Virus record (IMG/VR): IMGVR_UViG_3300031111_000014
Span: 1 to 53,673 of that record
Origin: a virus
Lineage: Duplodnaviria; Caudoviricetes
Length of the DNA: 53,673 bases
Strand: one strand, 5' to 3'
Made by a program: the position numbers and the translations under genes. Positions 25,845-35,243 of this stretch are shown here, in pieces. The notes beneath the pieces are model-generated. The model was not told where the DNA came from. It worked only from the letters and a program-made list of their open reading frames with translations, and made no database searches. Position 1 is the first letter of the stretch. Each line of letters begins with the position of its first letter.

Positions 25845-26734
25845 GACAAGTTATTGTTTTAAAAAAAAGTAACGTATGGTATGCAAAATCTCCGGAATAT
25901 AATGGTTGGGACGACAGATATCAGATTAACGGTGCCCCGGTTGAAAAATGTATAGATGGGCGTTGGTGTCAGCTTTCACAACAACCCCAAAAGATAGAAG
26001 TCCTAGTAACGCCGCCAAGTAGAATTGTCGCCTATAAGCTAAGAGACGACTGCCGTGAAGTCGCCCCTAACGCTGCCGCTGAAGTAGCCCCGGAATTTTT
26101 TGCGCTACACGACGATTACGAGACACGTGACAACGAGCATTTGTACCGCCTTTACGAAGAAGTACGCGAAACGCCAGAGTCATATCTTGATCTGTGCGAA
26201 TGGGACATAGTGCTCGCCGACCTTGACTGCGAACCGGTGACGATGACTCTGCCAGTCAAGGTGGATGTGCCGAAAGTATTCACCGAATATCTGGAGACTC
26301 ACCACAAATACCCATGCACACTAAGTTCTGATGCTTTGTTTGATTTGCTATGGGACAGGGTGCACGCCAAAATCGGTGCTTCTGACAATTTCCAAATGGA
26401 CGCTTACAAGAATATCCGCGCTTTAACAGTCAAGCGTTTAATTAAATTTGCCACCCCACAGAAGGCAAGCCGTAATGTGGCTCGTTTTGGTGCCAGAAAG
26501 CCGAAGTGGCAGAAGTATTTGAAACACTACGACGCCAAGACGCTATTCACCATTCACGGAGCGTCTTACAAATCATCGGGGCCCTATACCCCGACACTCA
26601 GGGCCAACAACTATGCGGAGATGGAAAAGCAGGTGGACGAATACTGTCAGGGTTTCTTGGATCAGCTTGAGGACGTAGCTATAAGCGAATGCCCACATTG
26701 TCAGGGATACGGTTTTGTGGAGGCCGCCAAGTGA
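25841..26734 (+). CDS. Hypothetical protein with C-terminal CxxCxGxG
   Basis: AGGAGG RBS, ATG 25841; visibly more AT-rich than flanks. Confidence 0.6.
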   Translation: MRQVIVLKKSNVWYAKSPEYNGWDDRYQINGAPVEKCIDGRWCQLSQQPQKIEVLVTPPSRIVAYKLRDDCREVAPNAAAEVAPEFFALHDDYETRDNEHLYRLYEEVRETPESYLDLCEWDIVLADLDCEPVTMTLPVKVDVPKVFTEYLETHHKYPCTLSSDALFDLLWDRVHAKIGASDNFQMDAYKNIRALTVKRLIKFATPQKASRNVARFGARKPKWQKYLKHYDAKTLFTIHGASYKSSGPYTPTLRANNYAEMEKQVDEYCQGFLDQLEDVAISECPHCQGYGFVEAAK

Positions 26735-27909
26735 CCCCGACACAGAAACGCATGGACGCCGGGATGACTTGGCCTGAGCACATCAACGAAATCTGCATTG
26801 GTGACTGCAGGGCCGTTCTGCGCGAGATTCCCGACGGCGTTGTCCAGACCTGCATCACCAGCCCGCCGTATTGGGGCTTGAGAGACTATGGGACGGCAAC
26901 TTGGCAGGGCGGCGATCCAAACTGTAACCATAGGGTGGGTCGATTTGAAACTGAGACGCCCGTGAGTAATAAGCAGAAATCTAATAGTGGAAGCGCGGGG
27001 CACCAAGCAAAAGATATTTGTCCCAAATGCGGGGCGGTCAGACAAGACCTCCAGCTCGGACTTGAGCAAACACCCGACGAATACGTTGCGAACATGGTCG
27101 AGGTGTTCAGCGAGGTCAAGCGGGTGCTGAGAGACGACGGGACGTTGTGGCTGAATCTGGGAGACAGTTATGCCGGGTCATGGGGTGATTCTGGGAATAG
27201 GCCAGAGAGGACGGGCAAGCCCGGGCATCAGAGAACGAAACAGACGGAGTATCTTCAGCGCTCAGGGCATCCCCAAGTTGACAAGCCGGTAACGGTATCG
27301 CCGCCCGGGTGTAAGCCTAAAGACCTCGTTGGCATCCCCTGGATGGTGGCTTTTGCCCTACGTGCTGACGGCTGGTATTTGCGCTCCGACATCATCTGGT
27401 CGAAACCCAATCCGATGCCTGAATCAGTCACCGACCGGCCAACAAAGGCGCATGAGTACATTTTCCTGATGAGTAAGAACGCGAAGTATTACTACGATGC
27501 GGATGCTATTACGGAGGCGATATTAGAAACCACCGTAAACCGCTATGCACAATCAACCCCAATGACAATTTCAGGTCAATTTAAGGGGTCCCCAAAAGAC
27601 AAAAGGCATAAAGACGATGACGGTAAAAAGATATATGGGCGCGATCTACCACTTAAGCGCAACAAACGCTCGGTCTGGACCGTCGCCACTCAGCCGTTCC
27701 CCGGCGCTCACTTCGCCACCTTCCCGGAGAGGCTGATCGAGCCGTGCATCTTGGCCGGATCGAAAGAGGGTGACATCGTGCTGGACCCGTTTGGCGGTAA
27801 GGGCACGGTCGCAAAGAGATCGAAGGAACTTGGTCGGAAGTTTGTCCATATAGACCTCGGCTATGAGGAATTATCGAGAGCGGAGACGGCCCAGGAACAA
27901 CTTCTATGA
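26731..27909 (+). CDS. DNA methyltransferase, likely N4-cytosine (SPPY)
   Basis: TSPPYWGLRDY, WLNLGDSY, KPNPMPESVTDRPTKAHEY, HFATFP, DPFGGKGT. Confidence 0.92.
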   Translation: MTPTQKRMDAGMTWPEHINEICIGDCRAVLREIPDGVVQTCITSPPYWGLRDYGTATWQGGDPNCNHRVGRFETETPVSNKQKSNSGSAGHQAKDICPKCGAVRQDLQLGLEQTPDEYVANMVEVFSEVKRVLRDDGTLWLNLGDSYAGSWGDSGNRPERTGKPGHQRTKQTEYLQRSGHPQVDKPVTVSPPGCKPKDLVGIPWMVAFALRADGWYLRSDIIWSKPNPMPESVTDRPTKAHEYIFLMSKNAKYYYDADAITEAILETTVNRYAQSTPMTISGQFKGSPKDKRHKDDDGKKIYGRDLPLKRNKRSVWTVATQPFPGAHFATFPERLIEPCILAGSKEGDIVLDPFGGKGTVAKRSKELGRKFVHIDLGYEELSRAETAQEQLL

Positions 27910-27954
27910 TGACCTACCAACCAGACGACTACGCGATAGCGGGAGGCATTATTA

Positions 27955-28128
27955 ATGACATACGATACTGAGATCGCCGAGATCGAGAAGATAATTAAGG
28001 TCAAGCAGGGTTACTTGGATCGCAATCAGGGTATGCTCGCACCATCGGACGAGAAGGAGACCAAGAAAGATATCGCCACGCTAAGGCGCCGACTGAGAGA
28101 TATCAAGCAGATAATCGCGCTCCCATGA
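27955..28128 (+). CDS. Small coiled-coil hypothetical protein (not in ORF track)
   Basis: GGAGG RBS; MTYDTEIAEIEKIIKVKQGYL... 57 aa. Confidence 0.5.
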   Translation: MTYDTEIAEIEKIIKVKQGYLDRNQGMLAPSDEKETKKDIATLRRRLRDIKQIIALP

Positions 28129-28223
28129 GCGCCTCCCAGGGCGGGCGGGATCTCCTAACCCCCCAACTCCCGTCCGCCCACTCAGATTTGTACGGAAACG
28201 ACAACGTTCAAGGAGACCAGAGA

Positions 28224-28490
28224 ATGAAAGTAACAAAATCCCCAATCACGCAAATCAGCCCGGACACGGGCACCATCATCGATGAGATGATGAGGACGAA
28301 GATCACCGCCGAGTATGAGACGGTAAAGGTGGGTGTAACGATCACCAGCACGACCGACGCCGAGTCTGACGGGATCTATAAGGACGTTCTGAAGGTTTTA
28401 CGCGCTTTCGAGGACGGCAATCAACTGTCGATGTTCGCCCCGGACGAGGACACTATCGACACCCCTGAGACCGAAGAAGCGGCTCGGTAA
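28224..28490 (+). CDS. Hypothetical protein
   Basis: AAGGAG RBS, ATG 28224. Confidence 0.55.
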   Translation: MKVTKSPITQISPDTGTIIDEMMRTKITAEYETVKVGVTITSTTDAESDGIYKDVLKVLRAFEDGNQLSMFAPDEDTIDTPETEEAAR

Positions 28491-28492
28491 CT

Positions 28493-29527
28493 ATGCCCGA
28501 CAACTTAGACTTTCGCTTAGACGTTAAGTACCAGGAACACCCAAAGCTCAAGCGCCTGAAGCGCAAATATGGGGCGGAGGGGGTACTGGCACACCTGCGC
28601 CTTTTATCGTTCACGGCGATGTACAGGTCTAAGGGTTTGTTGACCGGCATGGACCACGTTGCGATAGCTGACGCGGCTAGTTGGGATGAAGACGCCGACG
28701 AGTTTGTGGCCACACTAAAGGGCGTGGGGTTACTCGATTTAGCGACCGACGGGACCTACCAGATTCACGATTGGGACGAGCATAACGGCTACGCATTTTT
28801 CGCCAGGGAGCGACGCCAAAAGGCCAAAAGGGGTGCCGCAAAAAGGTGGTCTAAGGGGGACAACGACTTAACTATATGCTCAAACAGTAAACGAGCATTG
28901 CTCGAATCCACTCCAAGCAATGCTCCTTCTCCTACTCCTGCTCCTTCTCCTACTCCTTCTCCAAAAGAAAGAAAGAAAGACCGGCGGCCTGTTGACAAAA
29001 ATGTGGATAACTCGGAATCTCAAGCCGGGGCATATGTGCCAAAACCGGGGGAATCTGATGCTGTTATCCAGTTCAAGTCGTATTGTCACGATCCCGAGAA
29101 CTGGCAGAAGGTGTGGGTGTTGATAAACAACCCGATGGCCTACGGGGATCTCGTTAGTGATATCAGGTATACCGGTTCTCTACTCCAGAAACATTTCATC
29201 GAGGGCGAGTGTATATCAGTTCTCCAATCTGATTCTGACCGTCAACTGGCCTCGCTCAAGCAGTACAACAGGGGCGATTGGCTTGTGTGGTTGAAGAACA
29301 GGTTGAAGTTCGCAGTCACGGATTATCGGGCTAGTAACCGACGTCCCTCGGCGCTACGGGACCCGATGACTGCAGCCGAAGAATCGGCGCACTATGACCG
29401 GCACCGACAACGTCAGGGAGGTGGTGAGGCTAGTAGCATCGGGGAGGTGATTCAAAGCACTATCAAAAACGCGAAACCAACGGAGGGTAACAGTGGGACG
29501 GAAAGCATTGACGGCGGCAGAACGTGA
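28493..29527 (+). CDS. Phage replication initiator (replisome organiser)
   Basis: HPKLKRLKRKYGAEG, YQIHDWDEHN, AKRGAAKRW and PSPTPAPSPTPSP motifs; internal DnaA boxes. Confidence 0.75.
   Translation: MPDNLDFRLDVKYQEHPKLKRLKRKYGAEGVLAHLRLLSFTAMYRSKGLLTGMDHVAIADAASWDEDADEFVATLKGVGLLDLATDGTYQIHDWDEHNGYAFFARERRQKAKRGAAKRWSKGDNDLTICSNSKRALLESTPSNAPSPTPAPSPTPSPKERKKDRRPVDKNVDNSESQAGAYVPKPGESDAVIQFKSYCHDPENWQKVWVLINNPMAYGDLVSDIRYTGSLLQKHFIEGECISVLQSDSDRQLASLKQYNRGDWLVWLKNRLKFAVTDYRASNRRPSALRDPMTAAEESAHYDRHRQRQGGGEASSIGEVIQSTIKNAKPTEGNSGTESIDGGRT
28990..29126. promoter_or_regulatory. DnaA-box cluster, candidate origin inside the initiator gene
   Basis: Perfect TGTGGATAA at 29002-29010; near-matches at 28990-28998, 29064-29072, 29118-29126. 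Confidence 0.55.
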
Positions 29528-29822
29528 AGAACGACGCCGTAAGCGTAAGGAATACCTGCATCAGTATTACCAGGCCCACAAGGAGAAGGCCCTGGAATAC
29601 CAGAGGAATTGGGCGAAGAACAACCGCCCCAAAAGACGTCAGCATTACAAGACTTGGGAGGAGAAGCAGCGGGCGATACTGGCCGAGGAATTACCCTCCG
29701 ACATGGTTATCGCTCGCAAACCCGGGAACTATTTCACATCGCAGGATATCCAGAGTATGTCACCCGAGAAGGCGGCCGTGGCAATTACCCGCATTTTAAA
29801 CGGTGAGGCATACCATGCGTAA
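29493..29822 (+). CDS. Basic hypothetical protein
   Basis: GGAGG RBS, GTG start; Y/K/R-rich helical repeats. Confidence 0.5.
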   Translation: MGRKALTAAEREERRRKRKEYLHQYYQAHKEKALEYQRNWAKNNRPKRRQHYKTWEEKQRAILAEELPSDMVIARKPGNYFTSQDIQSMSPEKAAVAITRILNGEAYHA

Positions 29823-29946
29823 GCCGGGGATGTCCAGATCTGTGGGGCGGTGTCTATCTTTCTTCGGGTATATAGTTGGCTGGGTTGCCGTGCTTGGGCT
29901 GTTCGCCTGGATATGCGCGTCGATCCACAGGATCGGAGGTTGATGG

Positions 29947-30408
29947 ATGCAGGATGCACTAGTGGCCACGGAAGGCCGTAAGATCATGTTCGAGGTCCCG
30001 GGTAAGCCAGGTTTCAAAGGGAGGCCTCGTCCGTATCATCAACAGGGACACACGGGACTCAAAAACACAGACCAGACTGTCAGGACTGAAAACCTGATCC
30101 GAGCTATATTCCAGTTGAAGTTTAGGGACTTTACCCCGATCGCTGGCCCCGTGAAACTCAGTTTCAGAGCGTTCTTCCCTATCCCCCAGAAGACACCCAA
30201 GAAGAAAAGAGCGGCGATGTTGGCCGGGGATGTCCCACATACGAAGGCGCCGGACGCAAGTAACATCCTTAAGGCGATTGAGGACGCTCTAAATACTGTC
30301 GCCTATCTGGACGACCGGCAGATATCTGACTATGGGGAGAGTTGCAAAAGGTACTCCGACCGGCCGCGGCTGGAGATTGAAATCGAGGAATTGGAGGTGG
30401 TGGAATGA
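29947..30408 (+). CDS. rusA: RusA-family Holliday junction resolvase
   Basis: VPGKPGFKGRPR, PDASNILKAIEDALN..AYLDDRQI. Confidence 0.9.
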   Translation: MQDALVATEGRKIMFEVPGKPGFKGRPRPYHQQGHTGLKNTDQTVRTENLIRAIFQLKFRDFTPIAGPVKLSFRAFFPIPQKTPKKKRAAMLAGDVPHTKAPDASNILKAIEDALNTVAYLDDRQISDYGESCKRYSDRPRLEIEIEELEVVE

Positions 30409-31388
30409 AGCCGAATCAAAAACGAATTGACCGCGGCCTATGGTGGGACGCTGGCCCGATGGTCGTCAAGGGCTGTACTGTCGTCTCGCCGGGCTGTGCG
30501 AACTGCTGGGCGGCTGGCATGGAGCATCGGTTCAAGACCGGCAACACTACTCGCGGCGGCAAGTGGAGCGGGCGGGTACAAACCGATATCGGTGCGCTAG
30601 AGAAAGCCGTCAGGGGCAAGCCGAAGGTGATTACGATCTGGAACGACCTGTTTCACGAGCAGGTCCCGTTTGAGTTTATCGACCTCGTCTTCGCTTGGAT
30701 GGCATTGGCTTGCGATCATCAGTTCTTGATCCTTTCCAAACGTCAAGGGCGGGCTCTGGAGTGGTCTCGACTTTCAATTTCTAAGGGGTATACGCGCTTT
30801 CGCGTCCATTCTGCGGCACAAAACCTTTGTGCGCTTAGCAAGGATCATGTGAGGCTACACTTGCTGCCACCGCCGGAGGAATCGGAGTTTTTGGTTTCGA
30901 AAAAGTACTGGGAGAGCATACCCGTGGGGGCATCGGGTATGCCTTGGCCGCTCCCTAACGTCTGGCTCGGAACATCTGTCGAGACCCAGGATCAGATTGA
31001 ACGAGTTTCCTACCTGCTGGACGCTGTTGCCGCAAAGCGTTTCCTCTCGATCGAGCCGATGCTTGGCCCGGTGTCGCTTGATCGCGTTGATTGCTCCGCG
31101 TGGGAGACAAAATGTATTGTCAATCCGCTGAGCGGCAAGATACTGGAGGACTCCGATTCGGAAATGGTCGGGGCGGATGCCGAGCGGGTCGACTGGGTCA
31201 TCGTTGGCGCTGAGTCCGGTCCTAAGCGCCGTCCCTGCAACATCGAGTGGGTCCGTAAGGTCGTCCAGGATTGCAGGGACGCAGGTGTCCCGGTATGGGT
31301 GAAGCAGATACACGACAAGAACGGCAAGGTGGTTCACAAACTGGGAGAATTTCCAGAAGATTTGAGACTGAGGGAGTGGCCGGAATGA
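30405..31388 (+). CDS. DUF5131 (phage Gp37/Gp68) three-Cys protein
   Basis: GCTVVSPGCANCWA, NDLFHE, NVWLGTSVE, SIEPMLG, WVIVGAESG, VKQ. Confidence 0.9.
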   Translation: MKPNQKRIDRGLWWDAGPMVVKGCTVVSPGCANCWAAGMEHRFKTGNTTRGGKWSGRVQTDIGALEKAVRGKPKVITIWNDLFHEQVPFEFIDLVFAWMALACDHQFLILSKRQGRALEWSRLSISKGYTRFRVHSAAQNLCALSKDHVRLHLLPPPEESEFLVSKKYWESIPVGASGMPWPLPNVWLGTSVETQDQIERVSYLLDAVAAKRFLSIEPMLGPVSLDRVDCSAWETKCIVNPLSGKILEDSDSEMVGADAERVDWVIVGAESGPKRRPCNIEWVRKVVQDCRDAGVPVWVKQIHDKNGKVVHKLGEFPEDLRLREWPE

Positions 31389-31621
31389 TTAACAGGCCCA
31401 AATTAAAAGAGATGCCGATCAAGGACGCCCGGCGCATGGCAGAATACTACGGCGCCGAGGGCGTGATAGTGATCATGTTCGAGAAGGTGCCGGACAGCTC
31501 GGCCGACAGTGATGTTGAAATGGCTTACACGCACACCAGTTACGGCAAGACGCGGGGGAAGTGCGAGACTGTGAAGCGGCTGAAGCTGGCGATGCTCAGG
31601 AGCGCAGGGATAGAGGATTAA
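31385..31621 (+). CDS. Hypothetical protein
   Basis: ATGA coupling. Confidence 0.45.
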   Translation: MINRPKLKEMPIKDARRMAEYYGAEGVIVIMFEKVPDSSADSDVEMAYTHTSYGKTRGKCETVKRLKLAMLRSAGIED

Positions 31622-31637
31622 CAGATAGGAGCCAACG

Positions 31638-32015
31638 ATGGAAGTGAGAAGTCTGATCATAGACGGTGCGCAGAAGCGGTCAGGTAGCCACAACCGCTAT
31701 CGAATCTATGTCAACAATCAGCCGCTGTTCCTGCAGGGTTCTACGTTTAGGTATCTAGTCCGTCTGGCGCTAGATCGGGGCGCGAGTGATCTAGGTGGTA
31801 CGCCACTCGAGGAATTCAACGATAACCACCTGCTTGTCCGGCGGTACGTCTGGCTGCTTCGTCAACAGGTCCCGTTCAGTATATCGCGCCCCCTAGCTGG
31901 CGTCTACGCAATAGACGTCGACCCGGCCGTGATCAGGTTTAACTGGAAGCGGCTGGCCATGTTCGACGACTGCAGGATAAGCGGCCCTTTCCGGCAGGAA
32001 GGGGTTAGAGTGTGA
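31638..32015 (+). CDS. Hypothetical protein, possibly winged-helix DNA-binding
   Basis: AGGAG RBS; FRYLVRLA...VRRYVWLLRQ...GVYAID pattern. Confidence 0.45.
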   Translation: MEVRSLIIDGAQKRSGSHNRYRIYVNNQPLFLQGSTFRYLVRLALDRGASDLGGTPLEEFNDNHLLVRRYVWLLRQQVPFSISRPLAGVYAIDVDPAVIRFNWKRLAMFDDCRISGPFRQEGVRV

Positions 32016-32782
32016 GTACGCAAGACACACCCAAAGAGAAGCGATGCACCAAATGCGGCGAGGTGAAGCCGCTGGAGGAGTTCTATCAAAAGAAAAGAGC
32101 TGGTTCAATGGGGCATTTTTCCTGTTGTAAATACTGTACGAGGCAGCAGCAGCGCCAATATGAACTACTCAACAAGCCAAGCATCCGAGATAGAAAGAGG
32201 CGGTATCGCGAGCGTAATGCAAAGAGATTACAATTGGCGGCGAGACGATATTATCGGGAACATCGGACACAGATTCGAGAGAGGAGGAAGCAATATGAGG
32301 CTCTGACTAAGGACCGGCGATCCGAGAGGAATCATGCTTGGTATATAGAGAATCGGGAACGCATATGCGCCCAGCAGAAGGAATACTATAGAAGAAACCG
32401 CGAGGCGGTATGTGCCCGGCATAGATGTTATAGCGCCGAGAATGCCGAGACAGTAAGGGCCCGCAATAAAGAATACCGCCGGGCGACGATTGATATTTGG
32501 CGTGTCGACGGAAGAATAAGGGCGGCGATGGGACAAATTATTGGAGGGCGCTCTTTTGGCTTCTCCCTCCTGGAGGTCCCAATCGAAACAGTCTGCACCC
32601 TATTTTACAGCCGACTAGACAAACTATTTGCCGAGGGCCAGATCACGAAAGCGGGCGTTCGCCGTCGCGCCGCTAGGTTCATGGATTCGCCCGCCGAGGA
32701 ATTAGTTAAGTTATTCAAGATAAAACTAAAAGGGAGATATAAACCCGATGACCTTTTCACCCATTTATTCACGGAGGTTTAA
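32012..32782 (+). CDS. Zn-finger protein with basic helical repeats (HNH-associated N-terminus, no HNH core seen)
   Basis: KRCTKCGEVKPLEEFY...CKYC; RxYxxxNRE repeats. Confidence 0.65.
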   Translation: MSTQDTPKEKRCTKCGEVKPLEEFYQKKRAGSMGHFSCCKYCTRQQQRQYELLNKPSIRDRKRRYRERNAKRLQLAARRYYREHRTQIRERRKQYEALTKDRRSERNHAWYIENRERICAQQKEYYRRNREAVCARHRCYSAENAETVRARNKEYRRATIDIWRVDGRIRAAMGQIIGGRSFGFSLLEVPIETVCTLFYSRLDKLFAEGQITKAGVRRRAARFMDSPAEELVKLFKIKLKGRYKPDDLFTHLFTEV

Positions 32783-32783
32783 G

Positions 32784-33038
32784 ATGGCAAGAAAAACAGT
32801 TGAGAGACTTGAGAGAGAGATTGATCTCCATACCGCCGAAGGCGTGGTGCTTTCGCTCAAGGACATCAACAAGCGTATTGGCGTGGGCGACAATGATCTC
32901 CGGGCCAAAACCACCGGACAGATGCTGCATTTTGCGTCTCGGCGCGGCCTGCAAAAAGTCGCAAGCGAGCGCAACGATATTGCGCGTCGGCGCCTGGAGT
33001 TGCTCACCGCGACCAAGAAGAGCGTCGGGAAGAAGTAG
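32784..33038 (+). CDS. Hypothetical protein
   Basis: GGAGG RBS, ATG 32784. Confidence 0.5.
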   Translation: MARKTVERLEREIDLHTAEGVVLSLKDINKRIGVGDNDLRAKTTGQMLHFASRRGLQKVASERNDIARRRLELLTATKKSVGKK

Positions 33039-33041
33039 CCC

Positions 33042-33290
33042 ATGCCCGACGACAAGAAGAAACGGGACAAGCCGCTGACCCCGGCCGAAATCTTGTCTGA
33101 CCCCGACTGGTCGAATTTCGTTGACCTGCTGGCCGACCGAATAGTTGACCGGATCGTCGGCGGACTAACGTCCAGTATCGAGACAATTCAGTTATTTCCA
33201 CGGCGCGGCTCGGGGGCGGGACCGGATTCGGACCCATCGTCCGATCAAGAAGACTACCCGCCCGAGTCGGCGCCAAAACCTAAACCCTAA
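33042..33290 (+). CDS. Hypothetical protein
   Basis: 82 aa ORF at end of operon. Confidence 0.45.
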   Translation: MPDDKKKRDKPLTPAEILSDPDWSNFVDLLADRIVDRIVGGLTSSIETIQLFPRRGSGAGPDSDPSSDQEDYPPESAPKPKP

Positions 33291-33400
33291 AGCAATGAAA
33301 GGAGTCTCTGTATCGCGGTTGCGGTAACCGCTGTTTCACTTCAGGTGGCGCGGAAGCGCCCAAACTCTAGTCCGGAAACCTTTCTGGACGCCGTTATGGT

Positions 33401-33434
33401 AGCCCCGTCGGCACGGTGTCGGCGGGGCTTTCTT
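33401..33434 (+). terminator. Intrinsic terminator ending the early/middle operon
   Basis: AGCCCCGTCGGC/GTCGGCGGGGCT stem followed by TTCTT. Confidence 0.7.
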
Positions 33435-33439
33435 GGGAC

Positions 33440-33477
33440 CCGAAAAAGACCTTCGTGTGATTTTTTTGCACTTGACA
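33440..33477 (+). promoter_or_regulatory. 28-bp repeated motif, copy 2, followed by TTGACA
   Basis: CCGAAAAAGACCTTCGTGTGATTTTTTT then TTGACA at 33472-33477. Confidence 0.7.
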
Positions 33478-33577
33478 ACCTGATATCTTGCGGGGGTTGA
33501 GACCCTTGTCCTCTGTGTAGAGAGCCCCGGGTTCGGTGTCCTCCCATCCCGGCCCGGGGCAATGCTAAAGGTGGAAG

Positions 33578-34396
33578 ATGGTAGAGATCGAAAAAGACGT
33601 ACCGCTCCTCCGCACGACGTTAACCATCCGGGCGGTCGAGAATAAAATCCAGCAGTTATTCGATTCGAAGGTGATCGGCGGGACCGTGCACCTGTCTATC
33701 GGGCAGGAGGTGATCGACGCCTCGATTATTGGGGCATACGACAACCCCCTGGTCTTCGGCAACCACAGGTCGCACGGCCAGTATATTGCGGCCACCGGCG
33801 ACGTTCGCGGCCTGTTCGAGCAGGTCTTCTCCGGCATGTCTCAGCATCTGTACTACCCCGATAAGTTCCTGTCTCACGGGATTCAGGGCTCTCTAGTCCC
33901 TGTCGCATTCGGCGCGGCAATGGCGTTCAAGCAGAGGGGGCTTGATCGCCGTGTTATTTGTTTCATCGGTGACGGGACGCTCGGGCAGGGCGTGGTCTAC
34001 GAGACGCTCAACCTGATGGGGCGGTATAACCCGCGTATGACATTGATTGTGATCGATAACAGGTACTCTATGGCGGAGACACGGCAAGGGTTGGAGGGTT
34101 GGGGCTCGCCCGTATTCCCTGAGGTCTTTGAGGTTACCCAGTATTTCGGCGACGTGAGGGGCTTCCCTGAATATACTGACTCCGATATTGCTGTCTTTGC
34201 CGCATCGCGTCTCTGCGGCCATTCCTGCAACGATACGCAAATGTACCGGCCCAAAGAGGAGCGAACGCCGGGGTGGGTAGCCCAAAACGACCCCCTGCAG
34301 GTATTTCTCGAGGACCCGATGCTTGAGGGGTTACGCCGACAGATCGAAACCGAAGTTGAGGAAATAGCCAATGACGTACAGAAACGCCATCAATAA
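33578..34396 (+). CDS. TPP-dependent dehydrogenase E1 alpha-like subunit
   Basis: GGTVHLSIGQE, NHRSHG, TPP-binding GDG...DN, RLCGHSCND. Confidence 0.9.
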   Translation: MVEIEKDVPLLRTTLTIRAVENKIQQLFDSKVIGGTVHLSIGQEVIDASIIGAYDNPLVFGNHRSHGQYIAATGDVRGLFEQVFSGMSQHLYYPDKFLSHGIQGSLVPVAFGAAMAFKQRGLDRRVICFIGDGTLGQGVVYETLNLMGRYNPRMTLIVIDNRYSMAETRQGLEGWGSPVFPEVFEVTQYFGDVRGFPEYTDSDIAVFAASRLCGHSCNDTQMYRPKEERTPGWVAQNDPLQVFLEDPMLEGLRRQIETEVEEIANDVQKRHQ

Positions 34397-34892
34397 GGCG
34401 TTGCGGGATCTCATGGCCGAGGACGGCCGTGTAATCCTGATCGGGCAGTCGATCCGGGACCCCTACGGTGGTGCCTGCAAGGTCACCCGGGGCCTAACCA
34501 AGCATTTCGACGGCCGGATATTCGACAGCCCAATATGCGAGGACGCCATGATCGGCTGGGCTATTGGCCTGTCACTGCAAGGCTACGTCCCGATTGTCGA
34601 GATCATGTTTGCCGATTTCCTGCCGCTTTGTATGAACCAGATATTCAACGTCGGCAAAGTTATACACCAGTACCACCAGCCCGTCAAGGTCGTGATCAGG
34701 ACTATGATCAACGGCGACAAGATGTACGGCCCGACCCATAGCCAGAGCATGGAGTATCTGCTGGGGACACCACAGGACGTGGTGCGCGGGCCGGACGTCG
34801 CCGGGATATACCGGCGGGCGGTCGAGGACAAAGATCACCCGGTGAACATCATCGTCGAGAATAAACAGATGTACGACAAGGAGGTGGAGTAG
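34371..34892 (+). CDS. E1 beta/transketolase pyrimidine-binding domain (C-terminal domain absent)
   Basis: TYRNAINKAL, KVTRGL, DSPICEDAMIG.AIG, PIVEIMFADF, GPTHSQS. Confidence 0.88.
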   Translation: MTYRNAINKALRDLMAEDGRVILIGQSIRDPYGGACKVTRGLTKHFDGRIFDSPICEDAMIGWAIGLSLQGYVPIVEIMFADFLPLCMNQIFNVGKVIHQYHQPVKVVIRTMINGDKMYGPTHSQSMEYLLGTPQDVVRGPDVAGIYRRAVEDKDHPVNIIVENKQMYDKEVE

Positions 34893-35243
34893 ATGCCCGA
34901 CAGCAAAAGAACAATATGGCGGTGGGTGTGGCTTGTCCTTACGGTCGCGGTGGTCGCTATAATCATAGGGGTTGCCGTAAAAGGCATCTACGATCAGGAG
35001 GTCCTCAATTTCAGGGCGAGGGCGATAGACAAGGCTGTCGTTGTCAAAAAGATATTTATCGGAAGCCACCCAAAGATATTCGGATCTCGTCCAGCGACGT
35101 TTCGGTTAGTTCTGATTGGGGCCGATGGCGAGGGTAAGATCAGAATGACGGAGGATGTTCCCCGAGAGTTATTCTACGCGGCGGGGGTTGGCGATTCCAT
35201 AGATTTGGCTGATTATTCTATTTTCTGGAAGGCTGACAAATGA
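34893..35243 (+). CDS. Membrane-anchored hypothetical protein
   Basis: N-terminal TM segment. Confidence 0.55.
   Translation: MPDSKRTIWRWVWLVLTVAVVAIIIGVAVKGIYDQEVLNFRARAIDKAVVVKKIFIGSHPKIFGSRPATFRLVLIGADGEGKIRMTEDVPRELFYAAGVGDSIDLADYSIFWKADK

Noticed and set aside
33578-34892. Housekeeping pyruvate dehydrogenase auxiliary gene or host contamination
   Set aside because: No E2/E3, truncated beta, acetyltransferase neighbour, and phage-style coupled junctions
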